The position numbers and the translations under genes were made by a program. This document shows positions 25,740 through 36,032 of a stretch of 64,000 nt of DNA, piece after piece; the stretch's first letter is position 1; each line of letters starts with the position of its first letter. The notes under the pieces are model-generated. The model made no database searches and had not been told where the DNA came from. It worked only from the letters and a program-made list of their open reading frames with translations. Origin of the DNA: Parcubacteria group bacterium Gr01-1014_30 (GTDB lineage: Bacteria; Patescibacteriota; Minisyncoccia; Minisyncoccales; 2-12-FULL-40-12); NCBI GenBank assembly GCA_007376185.1, contig VMFS01000002.1, forward strand, positions 2,198 to 66,197, written 5' to 3'.

Positions 25740-27345
25740 CCGCTCCAAGGAATTCTCTAAACAGCGGGTGCGGCCTCTCAGGCCGCGATTTTAGTTCGGG
25801 GTGAAACTGCGTGCCTAAAAAAAACGGATGATTTTTCAATTCAATTATTTCAACCAGGTTTCTTTCAGGGTTTAGGCCGGAAATCACAAGGCCGTTTTTT
25901 TCAAGCCGCTCCCTAAAGTTATTGTTTACTTCGTATCTGTGCCGGTGCCGTTCGGTCACCAGTTTTTCCTTGTACGCTCTTTGCGCGCAGGTCCCGGGCA
26001 GAATCTCGCATGAGTAGGCTCCCAGGCGCATTGAACCCCCCATTTTCTTTTCGCTGATGTTCACTAGTTGTTCGGGAAGCGTGTCAATGACGGGGTATCT
26101 CGTTCTCGATGACACCTCCGTGGTATGAGCTCCTTTTAAGCGGCAAACGTTTCTGGCAAATTCAACAACGGCCAATTGCAACCCGTAGCAGAGTCCCAAA
26201 AAAGGGATTTTGTTTTTGCGGCAAAACTCAATAACCTTTATTTTTCCTTCCACTCCCCTGTTCCCAAAACCCCCGGGCACAATAACTCCTCCATATTTTT
26301 TCAGGTGCCCAAGAACTCCAGTTGATTTTTCATAGATTTCAGCGTCAAGCCAGGATATTTCTGGTGTCTTCCAGAGGTTCCAGGCGGCGTGTTTTATTGC
26401 TTCAATCACCGAAATGTAGGAATCGGCGAGCTGGAAGGAGCCTGAGCCGAAATACTTCCCCACTATGCCTATTTTTACAACTTTTTTTAAACCTTTAACC
26501 TTTGACATAAGTTTCCGCCACTCTCGCATGTCCTGCTTTCGCGCCTTCACTCTGAATTTCTCCAGAATTATTGCGCCGAGATTGTCTTTTTCAAAGTTAA
26601 CAGGCACCTCGTATATATTGCTGACGTCGGGCGCAGAAATGATGTCGCGGTCCGAAACGTTACAGAAAACGGATAACCGCTTTTTTCGCGGCTCATCTAA
26701 GGGAAAAGAAGACCTCGCGATTATTATGTCTGGCTGAATACCGGTTGCATTCATTGCGCGAACGGCGTGTTGAGTTGGCTTGGTTTTCATCTCCCCTATC
26801 ATTTTTGGCACCGGAAGGTAACTAACCAAGATAAAAATGACGTCTAGGGGCCTTGCCAGATGCATCATACGAGCGGCTTCCAGAAACAATATGTTTTCAT
26901 ACTCACCCACCGTTCCTCCTATTTCCACCACGGTAAAGTCCGACCTGGATTTTGCCGAAGCTGCTTTTAAGCGGCGTATCACTTCTTCTGGAATGTCTGG
27001 AACCACTTGAACACATCTGCCCCCGTATCCTAGGTTTCGTTCCTTGTTTATCACCGCCTGATATACAGAACCAGTGGTCATATAGTTTTCTCTGGGAATG
27101 TTTTCGTTCAAAAAACGTTCGTAGTTGCCAATATCTTGATCTGTTTCCATGCCGTCCTCGGTAACAAAAACCTCTCCGTGTTCAACGGGGTTCATGGTTC
27201 CGGCGTCAATATTGATATAAGGGTCAATTTTAACGGCGCAAACTTTAAAACCGCGGCTTTTCAAAATCCTGGCGATGGAGGCCACAGCCACTCCTTTGCC
27301 GATGCCCGACATCACGCCGCCTGAGACAAAAATATATTTTGCCAT
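25726..27345 (-). CDS. pyrG: CTP synthase
   Basis: KYIFVSGGVMSGIGKG N-terminus. Glutamine amidotransferase GLCYGLQ and HRHRYE. The ORF could start at 27351. Confidence 0.9.
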   Translation of the reverse strand: MAKYIFVSGGVMSGIGKGVAVASIARILKSRGFKVCAVKIDPYINIDAGTMNPVEHGEVFVTEDGMETDQDIGNYERFLNENIPRENYMTTGSVYQAVINKERNLGYGGRCVQVVPDIPEEVIRRLKAASAKSRSDFTVVEIGGTVGEYENILFLEAARMMHLARPLDVIFILVSYLPVPKMIGEMKTKPTQHAVRAMNATGIQPDIIIARSSFPLDEPRKKRLSVFCNVSDRDIISAPDVSNIYEVPVNFEKDNLGAIILEKFRVKARKQDMREWRKLMSKVKGLKKVVKIGIVGKYFGSGSFQLADSYISVIEAIKHAAWNLWKTPEISWLDAEIYEKSTGVLGHLKKYGGVIVPGGFGNRGVEGKIKVIEFCRKNKIPFLGLCYGLQLAVVEFARNVCRLKGAHTTEVSSRTRYPVIDTLPEQLVNISEKKMGGSMRLGAYSCEILPGTCAQRAYKEKLVTERHRHRYEVNNNFRERLEKNGLVISGLNPERNLVEIIELKNHPFFLGTQFHPELKSRPERPHPLFREFLGAAILR

Positions 27346-27388
27346 AGGCAATAGCGATACAAATATACTAATAAATTAGTATCGCGTG

Positions 27389-27835
27389 TTACTTTTCTTC
27401 AACAACGATTATTTTTACGTCTGCTTCCAAGTTGTGGTTAAACTTAATTTTAATCGGGAACTCGCCAAGTTCCTTGATGGGAGAGGCTAGAATAATTTGG
27501 CTTTTTTTTATTTCAAAGCCGAGCTCTCCAAGTTTATCTGCAACTCTCTGAGCCGAGATGGATTCAAACAACTGCCCTTCCTGCCCAACTTTAACTGCTA
27601 TGGCAATTTCCTGGCCGTCAATCTTTGAAGCCAGGCCTTGAATTGCTTTCAGTTCCTCCTCGGACTTCGCAACTTCAATCTCTTGCTGGGCATTCACCCA
27701 TTTTAAGGCCTGCTTGGTTGAGGGTTTTGCCAGCCCTTGAGGGAACAAAAAATTCCTGGCATAGCCCGCCTTGACTTCTTTGATATCATACTTCTTGCCT
27801 AATTTATCTACGTCTTGAAGAAGGATAACCCGCAT
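27389..27835 (-). CDS. rplI: 50S ribosomal protein L9
   Basis: [36 protein letters not shown]. Confidence 0.9.
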   Translation of the reverse strand: MRVILLQDVDKLGKKYDIKEVKAGYARNFLFPQGLAKPSTKQALKWVNAQQEIEVAKSEEELKAIQGLASKIDGQEIAIAVKVGQEGQLFESISAQRVADKLGELGFEIKKSQIILASPIKELGEFPIKIKFNHNLEADVKIIVVEEK

Positions 27836-27840
27836 GAAAT

Positions 27841-28040
27841 TTTAATTAAATTCGAAATTCTAATATCGAAATTCGAAACACTATCTAAATTCTAATTTTC
27901 TAAATTCAAAACGTTTTGGAAGGTCGCTGAGGGCTTCGCCCTCCTCTCACGCCTCGTTCAGCTTTGCTAAACTTCGGCTTTAGAATTTTGGTCATTGGGA
28001 TTTGTTTTGGATTTCGTGCTTCGTGCTTCGGATTTTTTAA
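27841..28040 (-). repeat. R-family AT-rich hairpin repeat, copy R2, carrying an S-family double hairpin (27921-27979) in its centre
   Basis: AAATTCGAAATTC...TTGGATTTCGTGCTTCGTGCTTCGGATTT is the inverted orientation of R1. The central insert is AGGTCGCTGAGGGCTTCGCCCTCCTCTCACGCCTCGTTCAGCTTTGCTAAACTTCGGC. Confidence 0.8.
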
Positions 28041-28042
28041 TT

Positions 28043-29278
28043 CTACCTCATTTCTTTAATTATTTCAAGTGCTCTTTGCAGCTGGGGGTCAAGTTCTTTT
28101 TCATAGTCCTCGTCCGTCATTTCCACCTTTATGTCCGGCTCAAGTCCCTGGTCTGTCAGAACGGTTCCCTTCGGGGTTAGCCAGCGGGCAACCGTAATTT
28201 TCAAAGAGGAACCATCTCTCAGCTTTTCTATTCCTTGTACAGACCCCTTGCCAAAGGATTTCTTCCCTATCAGCAAGACCCCGCGGTTGTCTCTTAAGGC
28301 GCCTGCTAAAATTTCAGAGGCGGAAGCCGAGCCTTCGTTGATTAAAACAACTATGGGCCAGCGAGCTAAGCTACCGGGGCCTTTAGACGAAAACTCCACC
28401 TTTTCGCTTTCGCCGAAATCCTCAATTGCGACAACTTGACCTTTTGGTAAAAACCAGCCGCCAATGTCTTGAGCCACTTCAAGGAATCCGCCCGGGTTGT
28501 TGCGCAAGTCCAAAACTATTTTTGAGGCCCCGCTGCCCAAGATTTCAACAGCGGCAACTCTGAAATCGTAGGCGGCTTGTTCGCTAAAGTGATATAATTT
28601 CAAGTAAGCAACGTTTCCTTCTTTTTCCGAACCTTCTTTCGAAGGGCGAGAAGAAGATTTATCTTCTGCGAGCATCTCCCAAGTCAGTGAAGGAATTTGT
28701 ATTAAGGCCCTTTCAACAGTTACTTCGCGGCTTTCACCCCACTCTTGTCTGAAAATCGTTAAGACGACTTTCGTGCCTCGCGGCCCTCGGATTATATTAA
28801 TGGCTTCGTCAATCGTCAGGCCCGCGGTCTCCGCTGTGTCAACTTTAATGATTTTATCGCCTGCCCTCAAACCCGCTCTTTGGGCAGGGGTTCCTTCAAG
28901 AGGCGCTATGACTTGGAGTTGGCCGCCCTTTATGCCGATTTCCATGCCTACTCCTTCAAAAATTCCCTTAACGTCTTCTTCAAATCTTTTTGCGTCTTCG
29001 GGCGGGAAGAAAACCGTATAAGGGTCACCCAACGCCTCAACCATGCCTGAAATCGCCCCGTAAATAATTGTTTTTGAATCCAGCTTTTCCCCGTTTACAA
29101 AGTTTTCCTGGAGTTTGTGATACGCCTCCCAAAAAAGAGAAAAGTCAAGCGCTTCGGGCTTGCAAACCAGGCATTGCGCTTGGCCTGAAGAATAACCGAC
29201 CAAAGTTCCTATGCCAAAAGCGCCTCCAATTAACAAAAGGCCCAAAACAGCGAAGATAACTTTATGCTTTGCTGTCAT
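28043..29278 (-). CDS. carboxyl-terminal processing protease (S41) with PDZ domain
   Basis: PAQRAGLRAGDKIIKVD (PDZ), GSASASEI (catalytic Ser region) and SFGKGSVQ. N-terminal anchor. Confidence 0.85.
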   Translation of the reverse strand: MTAKHKVIFAVLGLLLIGGAFGIGTLVGYSSGQAQCLVCKPEALDFSLFWEAYHKLQENFVNGEKLDSKTIIYGAISGMVEALGDPYTVFFPPEDAKRFEEDVKGIFEGVGMEIGIKGGQLQVIAPLEGTPAQRAGLRAGDKIIKVDTAETAGLTIDEAINIIRGPRGTKVVLTIFRQEWGESREVTVERALIQIPSLTWEMLAEDKSSSRPSKEGSEKEGNVAYLKLYHFSEQAAYDFRVAAVEILGSGASKIVLDLRNNPGGFLEVAQDIGGWFLPKGQVVAIEDFGESEKVEFSSKGPGSLARWPIVVLINEGSASASEILAGALRDNRGVLLIGKKSFGKGSVQGIEKLRDGSSLKITVARWLTPKGTVLTDQGLEPDIKVEMTDEDYEKELDPQLQRALEIIKEMR

Positions 29279-29313
29279 TGGTTTATTTTAGCAGATTACA
29301 ACAAATCAAAAAA

Positions 29314-29346
29314 GGGCTTGGGCTAAGACTGTCTTAGCCCAAGCCC
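29314..29346 (-). terminator. rho-independent terminator
   Basis: GGGCTTGGGCTAAGAC/GTCTTAGCCCAAGCCC is a 16-bp stem followed on the minus strand by TTTTTTG. Confidence 0.8.
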
Positions 29347-29354
29347 GATTAGGG

Positions 29355-30443
29355 TTAAATGGTTTTCTCAATATCTTCCACCTCTTTGCTTATGTGTCTT
29401 TCAATTTCTGCCAGGTCTCTGAGTAAGTGTTCCTCTTTTTCCTTTTCTTCGCGAGAGAGCGATTTTTGAAGCTTGACTCTTTTGATAAGGGCAAGCTCAA
29501 CTTCAATGTCGCGTCTCAATTCCTCAAAGCCGCGTCTTACCGCCTCTTCAGCTTCGTGAATTTCTCTTATTAATTCCTTTCTCAGATGTTTTGCTCTTTT
29601 GCTCCAAACAAGAGTAAATGCAGCCAACCCAATCAGCGCCATCAGCAGAATAGTTGCCAAGCCGGCAAAAAGTGTTTCGTAACTTATTCTTGAAGAACCA
29701 AATTGCAAAGCTGTCGGATTAACTCTGAGAGTAATTTGGGGGCTGGGCGGCGAAACTGCGTCTCCCAGTTGCGATTGAGTCCACACGATATATTCTCCGG
29801 ATGAAAGGAAAGAAGGATGCCGGTAGAACCATTCTCCGTTTTTGTCGGAAGTTTCTGAATAACTGAAGGTTTCCCCGCTGCTCAAGTTTTGCACGTATAT
29901 AATAATTTCCATGTCAGGGGCTTCTGTCCTGCCGCCTAAGTAGAAAATTTCTTCGTTTGAAATCTGGCGCGGGAAAGTGCTGATGAAGGGCGGCCCAAGC
30001 TGGGAAATTTGCGCCAGAGCCGCAGGCACAAAAGCGAATAGCAAATTAAGAAACAAGGCAAGTAGTATAACCAGATGGCCGTATTTATTTTTATACTTTT
30101 CCAGTTCTCTGAGTTTTTCGCGAATTCCTAAGGGAAATTCTTTTATCAGACGCCTGTTCTCAATTTGGAGATGACGCAGGTAGATTTTGCGAGCAACAAA
30201 TGCGAAAGCGACAACCAGAAGAGCCAGTAAAATAAGAACATAAACATTGGTTGCGTAAAAAATAAATGGCGACAGACTTCTTATCCTTTCTTGGACCTCG
30301 CGGAAGTTCCCTGCTTTATCGTAAGCCCTGACAACAATATCATAAGTTCCCCTGGCAAGGCTAAGCACTTTCGGGCTTTGCGTTTCCACAAATAACAGCG
30401 ACGCGTCAAGGTCCTCTGTGATTGGGCGAAAATGCCCTTGCAA
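29355..30443 (-). CDS. hypothetical polytopic membrane protein, probably the 3' part of a larger surface-protein gene
   Basis: TTG-initiated ORF. It begins mid-domain (TYDIVVRAYDKAGN is typical of Ig-like surface repeats). 3 TM helices and a charged coiled-coil tail. Its 5' end abuts an unrelated gene fragment. Confidence 0.5.
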   Translation of the reverse strand: MQGHFRPITEDLDASLLFVETQSPKVLSLARGTYDIVVRAYDKAGNFREVQERIRSLSPFIFYATNVYVLILLALLVVAFAFVARKIYLRHLQIENRRLIKEFPLGIREKLRELEKYKNKYGHLVILLALFLNLLFAFVPAALAQISQLGPPFISTFPRQISNEEIFYLGGRTEAPDMEIIIYVQNLSSGETFSYSETSDKNGEWFYRHPSFLSSGEYIVWTQSQLGDAVSPPSPQITLRVNPTALQFGSSRISYETLFAGLATILLMALIGLAAFTLVWSKRAKHLRKELIREIHEAEEAVRRGFEELRRDIEVELALIKRVKLQKSLSREEKEKEEHLLRDLAEIERHISKEVEDIEKTI

Positions 30444-30514
30444 AATTCAATAACATTCTCACCAAATTTAGCGGTTCTTTCTTCTAAATCATAATTGTTT
30501 CTAATTTCAGTCAT
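30431..30514 (-). pseudogene. 5' fragment (28 codons) of a four-helix-bundle / 23S rRNA intervening-sequence protein family gene
   Basis: MTEIRNNYDLEERTAKFGENVIEFCKGI matches the N-terminal YDLEERT..F....I.F pattern I recall for that family. The rest of ORF 30281..30514 is out-of-frame readthrough of the neighbouring gene. Confidence 0.5.
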
Positions 30515-30560
30515 TCAAAATTGATTCAAAATTAAAAATTCGAAATTCTAAATTTTAACA
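30515..30560. repeat. R-family repeat, partial copy R3
   Basis: CAAAATTGATTCAAAATTAAAAATTCGAAATTCTAAATTTTA lies immediately 5' of the four-helix-bundle fragment. Confidence 0.55.
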
Positions 30561-30634
30561 AGCTGGTTATCAAAACAAGAGTTATTGAAATTTTCCCGGC
30601 ATTATAGACGCTCATTAGATATTAGACTATTTTA

Positions 30635-31699
30635 TCAAATCTTAACGCGCAAGCCAATCAAGCGCAAAGGTTTTTTGTTCTCCAACAAGAATTTTAGAAG
30701 CAGTCTTTTGGCTTCTTTTGTTAAAATTTCCAGGTTGTCGGTTTTTTCTTTCGCCCCGCTCTTGCTCGCAAGGGCGGGGTTCAAGGTTTTTGACTTGGTA
30801 TGAGTTTCAAAGCCCTGAAAGCGGCAAACAACAGTTATTGTTTTAAAGGTAAACTCATTCTCAGTAAGCTCTTGCCAAACACTTTTAATAATTTTATCAA
30901 AAATTCCAAAAATAATCTCAGGATCTCGTGTGTCTTTTTCAAATGTATGTTCTTTGCCGATGGATTTAACAACTTCCTCTGAGCTTACTGGCGCCTCATC
31001 AATTCCTCGAGATCTATCGTAAATCCCCTCTCCCCATTTGCCAAACATTTCTTTAAGTTTAGCTTTGGATAATTTTTTCAATTCTTTTATTTTACTTATA
31101 CCGATACTTCTTAGTTTCTCGCTCGTCTTTTCGCCTATGCCCGGTAAATCATCAATATCTAGCGGTTCTAAAAATGTTCGAACTTGTTCTGGTTTAATCG
31201 CTAGCAATCCATCTGGCTTGGCCTTTTCTGATACCATTTTGGCAATCAATTTATTGGGCCCAATTCCAACTGTCGCGGTAAGTCTTTCTTTGTCAAAAAT
31301 CTCTTGCTTTAATTTTTTCGCCAAGCTTGGCGTTTCTTCATAAGTTCCTGAAAAACTCATGTCCAAAAATGCTTCGTCCAAAGAAACAATTTCCCATTGT
31401 GGAGAATACTTTTTGATAATTTCCATTATCCTGTCAGACACCTTTGCGTAAAGCGGCATATTAACCGGCAAAAATATGGCAGTGGGACAAAGCTGATATG
31501 CCCTTGAAATGGGAAGAGCGGAGTGAATTCCATATTTTCGCGCCTCGTAAGAAGCACTACTAACAACCCCGCGTCCACTCCCCTGCTTGGGGTCTGCGCC
31601 AACTACTACGGGTAATCCTTGAAAGCGCAGATTCTCTCTTTGTTCAATTGAAGGGAAAAACGCATCCATATCTATATGCAAGACAATTCTATCTACCAT
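30635..31699 (-). CDS. dinB: DNA polymerase IV (Y-family)
   Basis: LHIDMDAFFPSIE, SLDEAFLD, and the HhH motif LDIDDLPGIGEKT. Confidence 0.9.
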   Translation of the reverse strand: MVDRIVLHIDMDAFFPSIEQRENLRFQGLPVVVGADPKQGSGRGVVSSASYEARKYGIHSALPISRAYQLCPTAIFLPVNMPLYAKVSDRIMEIIKKYSPQWEIVSLDEAFLDMSFSGTYEETPSLAKKLKQEIFDKERLTATVGIGPNKLIAKMVSEKAKPDGLLAIKPEQVRTFLEPLDIDDLPGIGEKTSEKLRSIGISKIKELKKLSKAKLKEMFGKWGEGIYDRSRGIDEAPVSSEEVVKSIGKEHTFEKDTRDPEIIFGIFDKIIKSVWQELTENEFTFKTITVVCRFQGFETHTKSKTLNPALASKSGAKEKTDNLEILTKEAKRLLLKFLLENKKPLRLIGLRVKI

Positions 31700-31892
31700 A
31701 AAGATATACGTATTGCATGTTCTCTATTTTGTTGCCTTTGAGAACATACTCCCACGTTTTTAGGAAAGTTTCCTGCATCAATTCTTCGGCTCTCTGCTTT
31801 TGACGCAAGCGAAAATAGCAGTGCCTGTAAATGGCGTTGGCCCAAGTATCGTAAGCCGCCGTAATTTCGTTTTTTTTATCATCTCTACTCAT
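31689..31892 (-). pseudogene. truncated sigma-70/ECF-family sigma factor (region 2 only, 67 aa)
   Basis: IYRHCYFRLRQKQRAEELMQETFLKTWEYV matches sigma region 2.1-2.2. The ORF stops where dinB begins, and regions 2.4 to 4 are absent. Confidence 0.55.
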
Positions 31893-32043
31893 AGATGACG
31901 CAAGAGTCGTTTGCCTCTTACTTTAAACGAAGCTAAAATAAGGTTGGTGGAAGAGATAAATCTCTTCCTTGACTTTAAGCTGGCGCTTAAGTAAAGGAGT
32001 ACTAAAAACGGCCCAGCGAAAGCTGCTTCGTGCTTTTTAACAA

Positions 32044-32114
32044 TGCCCCCACCAGGACTCGAACCTGGATTTCCTCCTTAAAAGGGAGATACTCTACCAT
32101 TGAGTTATGGGGGC
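32044..32114 (-). tRNA. tRNA-Lys (anticodon UUU)
   Basis: Folded by hand. Acceptor GCCCCCA/TGGGGGC, D arm ACTC-AATGGTA-GAGT, anticodon arm TCTCC-CTTTTAA-GGAGG, T arm CCAGG-TTCGAGT-CCTGG, discriminator A, no encoded CCA. Confidence 0.85.
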
Positions 32115-32157
32115 AAAATTGACTGCGTCAATTTTGCCGGGTTCTAACTTTTGGGGA

Positions 32158-32215
32158 GGTTGCTCGTTGAGTCTTCGTCTCCTCTCGCGCCTCGTCCGCC
32201 TTTGGCGGACTCGGC
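32158..32215 (+). repeat. S-family double-hairpin element, copy S2
   Basis: AGGTTGCTCGTTGAGTCTTCGTCTCCTCTCGCGCCTCGTCCGCCTTTGGCGGACTCGGC aligns with 27921-27979 and with the 54-bp units at 25277-25384. Confidence 0.7.
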
Positions 32216-32287
32216 ATATGATGAACCCTGGCCTCATTTTCCCCTCTTTGTAGGAGGGGAAAATGAGAACTCGCGAAGCGAGTTTAA

Positions 32288-33394
32288 TTAAATGCCCTCT
32301 TCGTTCAACTTCTCCAACAAATCTCTCTGTTTTTTTGTCAGCTTCTTTGGAGTTTTTACAACTAGTTCAACGTACAAGTCACCTCTCCCCCACCCCGAAT
32401 AATGCGGCACGCCTTTGCCTGAAATCCTCAAAACTTTTCCGGGTTCAGAGCCCTCGGGCACTGTCAATAAAATTTTTCCTCCTTCCAAAGTCGCCAACTC
32501 CACTTCATCTCCCAGAGCCGCTTGTGAAAAAGAAATAGGTAGAGAAACGTACAAGTCGTCCCCTTTTCTCTCAAAAACTCGGTGTTTTTTGACAAAAATC
32601 CGAACGTATAAGTCGCCTGTTTTGCCTCCTTTTTTGCCGGTTTCTCCCTTGCCCTCAACTCTGATAACTTGGTTCGTGTCAATGCCAGCCGGAATGGAGA
32701 TTTTAATCTTTTCCTCGCCCTTCGCTCTTCCTTCGCCTTTGCAAACGTTGCAGGGTTTTTCCGGTCTTTGGCCTTCCCCTTTGCATTCCGGGCAAGTCGT
32801 ATACCTGGTAAAAGAGCCGAAAACGCTTCTTTTTATCTGCTGAACTTGGCCGGTTCCCCGGCAGGAAAAGCATTCGTTTATTTTGGTATCAGGTTCAGCT
32901 CCCGTTCCGACGCACCTTGCGCAAAGTACGTACTTTTCAATGAAAATTTCTCGCTCCTGGGCCTTTAAAGTATCTTCAAGCGGAAGCTCAATTTCAACTT
33001 CAATGTCTTTCCCTCTTTTGAGATCTTGTTTTCTGCGAGAACTTCCAAATCCGAACATATCTTCGACCATCTCGCCCAAGTCGCTAAAGTCTCCGCCAAA
33101 GGCGGACTCAAAATCCATATCGGGTCTGGCGCCCCAAGCCCATTGAAAATCAAACCCCTCTTGGCCGCCAGGTCCTTGTCCTCCTTCCGTCGTAAACACG
33201 CGGCCATACCTGTCGTACTGGCTTCTCTTTTCTTTGTTTGAAAGAACCTGATAGGCCTCGTTTACTTCCTTGAACTTTTTCTCGTCTCCTCCTTTGTCCG
33301 GATGAAATTTGTGAGCAAGTTTGTAATAGGCCTTCTTGATGTCTTCCGAGGAAGCATCTTTTTTAACTCCCAAAATTTGGTAGTAATTCTTCAT
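32288..33394 (-). CDS. dnaJ: molecular chaperone DnaJ
   Basis: J domain YYQILGV...HPDK. Four CxxCxGxG zinc-finger repeats. Confidence 0.9.
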   Translation of the reverse strand: MKNYYQILGVKKDASSEDIKKAYYKLAHKFHPDKGGDEKKFKEVNEAYQVLSNKEKRSQYDRYGRVFTTEGGQGPGGQEGFDFQWAWGARPDMDFESAFGGDFSDLGEMVEDMFGFGSSRRKQDLKRGKDIEVEIELPLEDTLKAQEREIFIEKYVLCARCVGTGAEPDTKINECFSCRGTGQVQQIKRSVFGSFTRYTTCPECKGEGQRPEKPCNVCKGEGRAKGEEKIKISIPAGIDTNQVIRVEGKGETGKKGGKTGDLYVRIFVKKHRVFERKGDDLYVSLPISFSQAALGDEVELATLEGGKILLTVPEGSEPGKVLRISGKGVPHYSGWGRGDLYVELVVKTPKKLTKKQRDLLEKLNEEGI

Positions 33395-35268
33395 TTTTCT
33401 TTATATTCACCTTCTTCCGGCGGCTTTTGTTGACTCTCTGTCTGTTTATACATTTCAGCTCCCACTTTCTGTATCGCTTGCGATAATTCCTGCGTTTTCT
33501 GCTTTATATCTTCAATATTATCACTGTCTTTAACTTTCTTCAACTCGGCGATTTTTTCTTCAATCTCTTTTTTTGCCTCTGCTGAAACTTTATCTCCCGC
33601 GTCTCTCAAGGCCTTCTCGGAAGTATAAATCAAGTTGTCGGCCAAGTTTCTCGCCTCTATCAATTCCCTTTTCTTTTTATCTTCCTCGGCGTACAACTCT
33701 GCGTCTCTTTTCATCTTTTCTATTTCCTCTTTTGACAAACCGATTGACCCTTCAACTCTGATTGACTGCGATTTTCCGGTTGCTTTGTCCTTTGCCACAA
33801 CCTGCAAAATGCCGTTGACATCAATGTCAAAAGTAACTTCTACCTGCGGCATGCCGCGTGGAGCAGGCGGGATTCCATCAAGAATAAACCTGCCTATTGA
33901 CCTGTTGCCTTGCGCCATTGGCCTTTCCCCTTGCAAAACGTTGATTTCCACGGACGTTTGGTTATCGGCGGCCGTAGAAAACACCTGGGTTTTGGAAGTA
34001 GGTATAGTGGTGTTTTTTGCAATCATTTGCGTGGCCACTTCCCCCAAGGTTTCAATGCCCAAGGATAAAGGCAGAACGTCCAAAAGCAAAACCGATTTTA
34101 TGTCGCCCTCCGGCGCTTGGCCTTGCTCTTGAGCCCGCAGAATTTCGGCTTGAATGGCGGCTCCCATTGCCACCACTTCTTCGGGGTTAATGCTTTTGTT
34201 GGGTTCTTTATTAAAGAGGTTCTTGACCGCCTCTCTAACCCCGGGAACCAAAGTTGTGCCGCCAACCAAAACGACTTCGTTAACTTCTACTTTATCTAAT
34301 TTGGCCTCTTGTAAAGTTTTCCTGGTTCTTTCAATTGAGCGGTCAATCAGCTCTCGTGTCATTGACTCAAACTGCGAGCGCGAAAGTTTATACAACAAGT
34401 GCTTAGGTCCTGCCGAGTCAGAACTTATAAATGGCAGGTTAATTTCGGTTTCCAAAGCCGACGACAATTCAATTTTGGCTTTCTCGGCCGCTTCTTTTAA
34501 GCGCTGAAGAGCCAAAGGATCTTTTGAAAGGTCAATGCCTTGCTCTTTTTTAAACTCCTCAACAATCCAGTTGATAATTTTCTGGTCAAAGTCGCGTCCT
34601 CCCAAGTGCGCTTCTCCGCCCGTGGCAATCACTTCCACGGTGTCTGGCGCAATGTTCAAAACAGTCACGTCAAAAGTGCCCCCGCCAAAGTCGTAAACAG
34701 CCACCTTGGCTTGTTCTTTTTTGCCAAATCCGTAAGCTAAAGCTGCAGCCGTAGGTTCGTTAATAATGCGATAAACTTTGAATCCGGCTATTTCGCCTGC
34801 CGCCTTTGTAGCTTTTCTTTGAGAGTCGTCAAAGTTGGCAGGGCAAGTGATAACTGCTGATTCTATTTTTTCTCCCAATTTTTCTTCAGAGTCCAATTTC
34901 AGTTTTTGTAAAATCATTGCCGAAATCTCAATTGGGGTTAACCATTTGTCGCCCATCTTCACTTCCACTTCGCCGTCTTTTCTTTCCCTGGTTTCGTAGC
35001 TCAAAAGTTTTAGTTCCTTTTGCACTTCGGGGTCGGAATACCTTCTGCCAATGAATCTTTTTACCGAGTGAATTGTGTTTTTGGGGTTGGTTACCGATTG
35101 GCGCTCTGCCAAGACCCCAACTAAACGCTCGCCCGACTTTGACAGGGCCACAACCGAAGGCGTCAAAATTGACCCCTCTCTGTTTTCAAGGCATTTTGGC
35201 TCTCCCTGAACAATGGCCGCCACTTTGGAAATGGCAGTCCCCAAGTCTATTCCTAATACTTTCGCCAT
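33391..35268 (-). CDS. dnaK: molecular chaperone DnaK (Hsp70)
   Basis: [15 protein letters not shown] and VLVGGTT motifs. 625 aa. Confidence 0.95.
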   Translation of the reverse strand: MAKVLGIDLGTAISKVAAIVQGEPKCLENREGSILTPSVVALSKSGERLVGVLAERQSVTNPKNTIHSVKRFIGRRYSDPEVQKELKLLSYETRERKDGEVEVKMGDKWLTPIEISAMILQKLKLDSEEKLGEKIESAVITCPANFDDSQRKATKAAGEIAGFKVYRIINEPTAAALAYGFGKKEQAKVAVYDFGGGTFDVTVLNIAPDTVEVIATGGEAHLGGRDFDQKIINWIVEEFKKEQGIDLSKDPLALQRLKEAAEKAKIELSSALETEINLPFISSDSAGPKHLLYKLSRSQFESMTRELIDRSIERTRKTLQEAKLDKVEVNEVVLVGGTTLVPGVREAVKNLFNKEPNKSINPEEVVAMGAAIQAEILRAQEQGQAPEGDIKSVLLLDVLPLSLGIETLGEVATQMIAKNTTIPTSKTQVFSTAADNQTSVEINVLQGERPMAQGNRSIGRFILDGIPPAPRGMPQVEVTFDIDVNGILQVVAKDKATGKSQSIRVEGSIGLSKEEIEKMKRDAELYAEEDKKKRELIEARNLADNLIYTSEKALRDAGDKVSAEAKKEIEEKIAELKKVKDSDNIEDIKQKTQELSQAIQKVGAEMYKQTESQQKPPEEGEYKEK

Positions 35269-35306
35269 ACTTTTATATTGGAAATTTAATTTATTTTACG
35301 ACTTTT

Positions 35307-36032
35307 TTATTTTAGTAATTCTTTTGCCAAATTAATGGGTTTCGCACCAGCTATATGCATTGGCTCCCTTATGTCCAAATTTTGAACAGTTTGCGATTTG
35401 GTGCGAAAGGCAATGGTCATTACGCCAATAACTTTATTGGTTTCTATATCAATAAGCGGACATCCGCTATTACCTGGATTACTTATCGCATCAACTATCA
35501 GCCAGTTTCTCTTACGATTTGGATCGGTGCCGTCTCTCTTTATATTGCTGATAATACTCCTATTTACGATTAAAGTTATTCCAAGGCCGTCATTTATCAA
35601 CTGAGCAGCGTATGGAAAACCGATAAAATAAACTTCCTGCCCTACTTCAACTTTTTCAGAATCCCCTAAATCTAATTTTCTTAAGAGAGTATCTTTATAC
35701 TCTTCTAATTGAAATAAGGCTATATCATTTTTGTCATCTTTGTTAATCAATTTAATTGGTATCCATTTATATCTCTCTAGATTGTTAGCCGCTCGTTCAA
35801 TCATTACATTAGCTTTTAGATTTTTTATCTGTTCAGCATTTAGTTTGTTATAAAGATGAGCTGAGCTAAGAATCCTTCCATCATCAGAGACACTGAAACC
35901 GCTTCCCGTGATTGTTATTTTATCAGGAGATGGATTAAATCCGATTGCCGCAATTGATTGCCTTACTTCTTTTATTTTTTCTTGTAAATTACTCATATTC
36001 TTTAGGAAAATTATATTTTTTTTCTTCATCAT
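35307..36032 (-). CDS. trypsin-like (chymotrypsin-fold) serine peptidase
   Basis: GNSGCPLID (GDSG-type catalytic Ser motif), DIALFQL (Asp region) and SSAHLY (His region). AT-rich. The start is ambiguous (36032 or 35996). Confidence 0.65.
   Translation of the reverse strand: MMKKKNIIFLKNMSNLQEKIKEVRQSIAAIGFNPSPDKITITGSGFSVSDDGRILSSAHLYNKLNAEQIKNLKANVMIERAANNLERYKWIPIKLINKDDKNDIALFQLEEYKDTLLRKLDLGDSEKVEVGQEVYFIGFPYAAQLINDGLGITLIVNRSIISNIKRDGTDPNRKRNWLIVDAISNPGNSGCPLIDIETNKVIGVMTIAFRTKSQTVQNLDIREPMHIAGAKPINLAKELLK

Noticed and set aside
30281-30514. 77-aa ORF as an intact gene
   Set aside because: Only the first 28 codons resemble a known family (four-helix-bundle). The remainder is an alternative frame of the neighbouring gene, so it is treated as a fragment or chimera.
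33573-35315. Antisense ORFs within dnaK and dnaJ (for example 33635..34132, 34154..34507, 32415..32843)
   Set aside because: They are shadow frames opposite highly conserved chaperone genes. They have no start context and no recognisable motifs.
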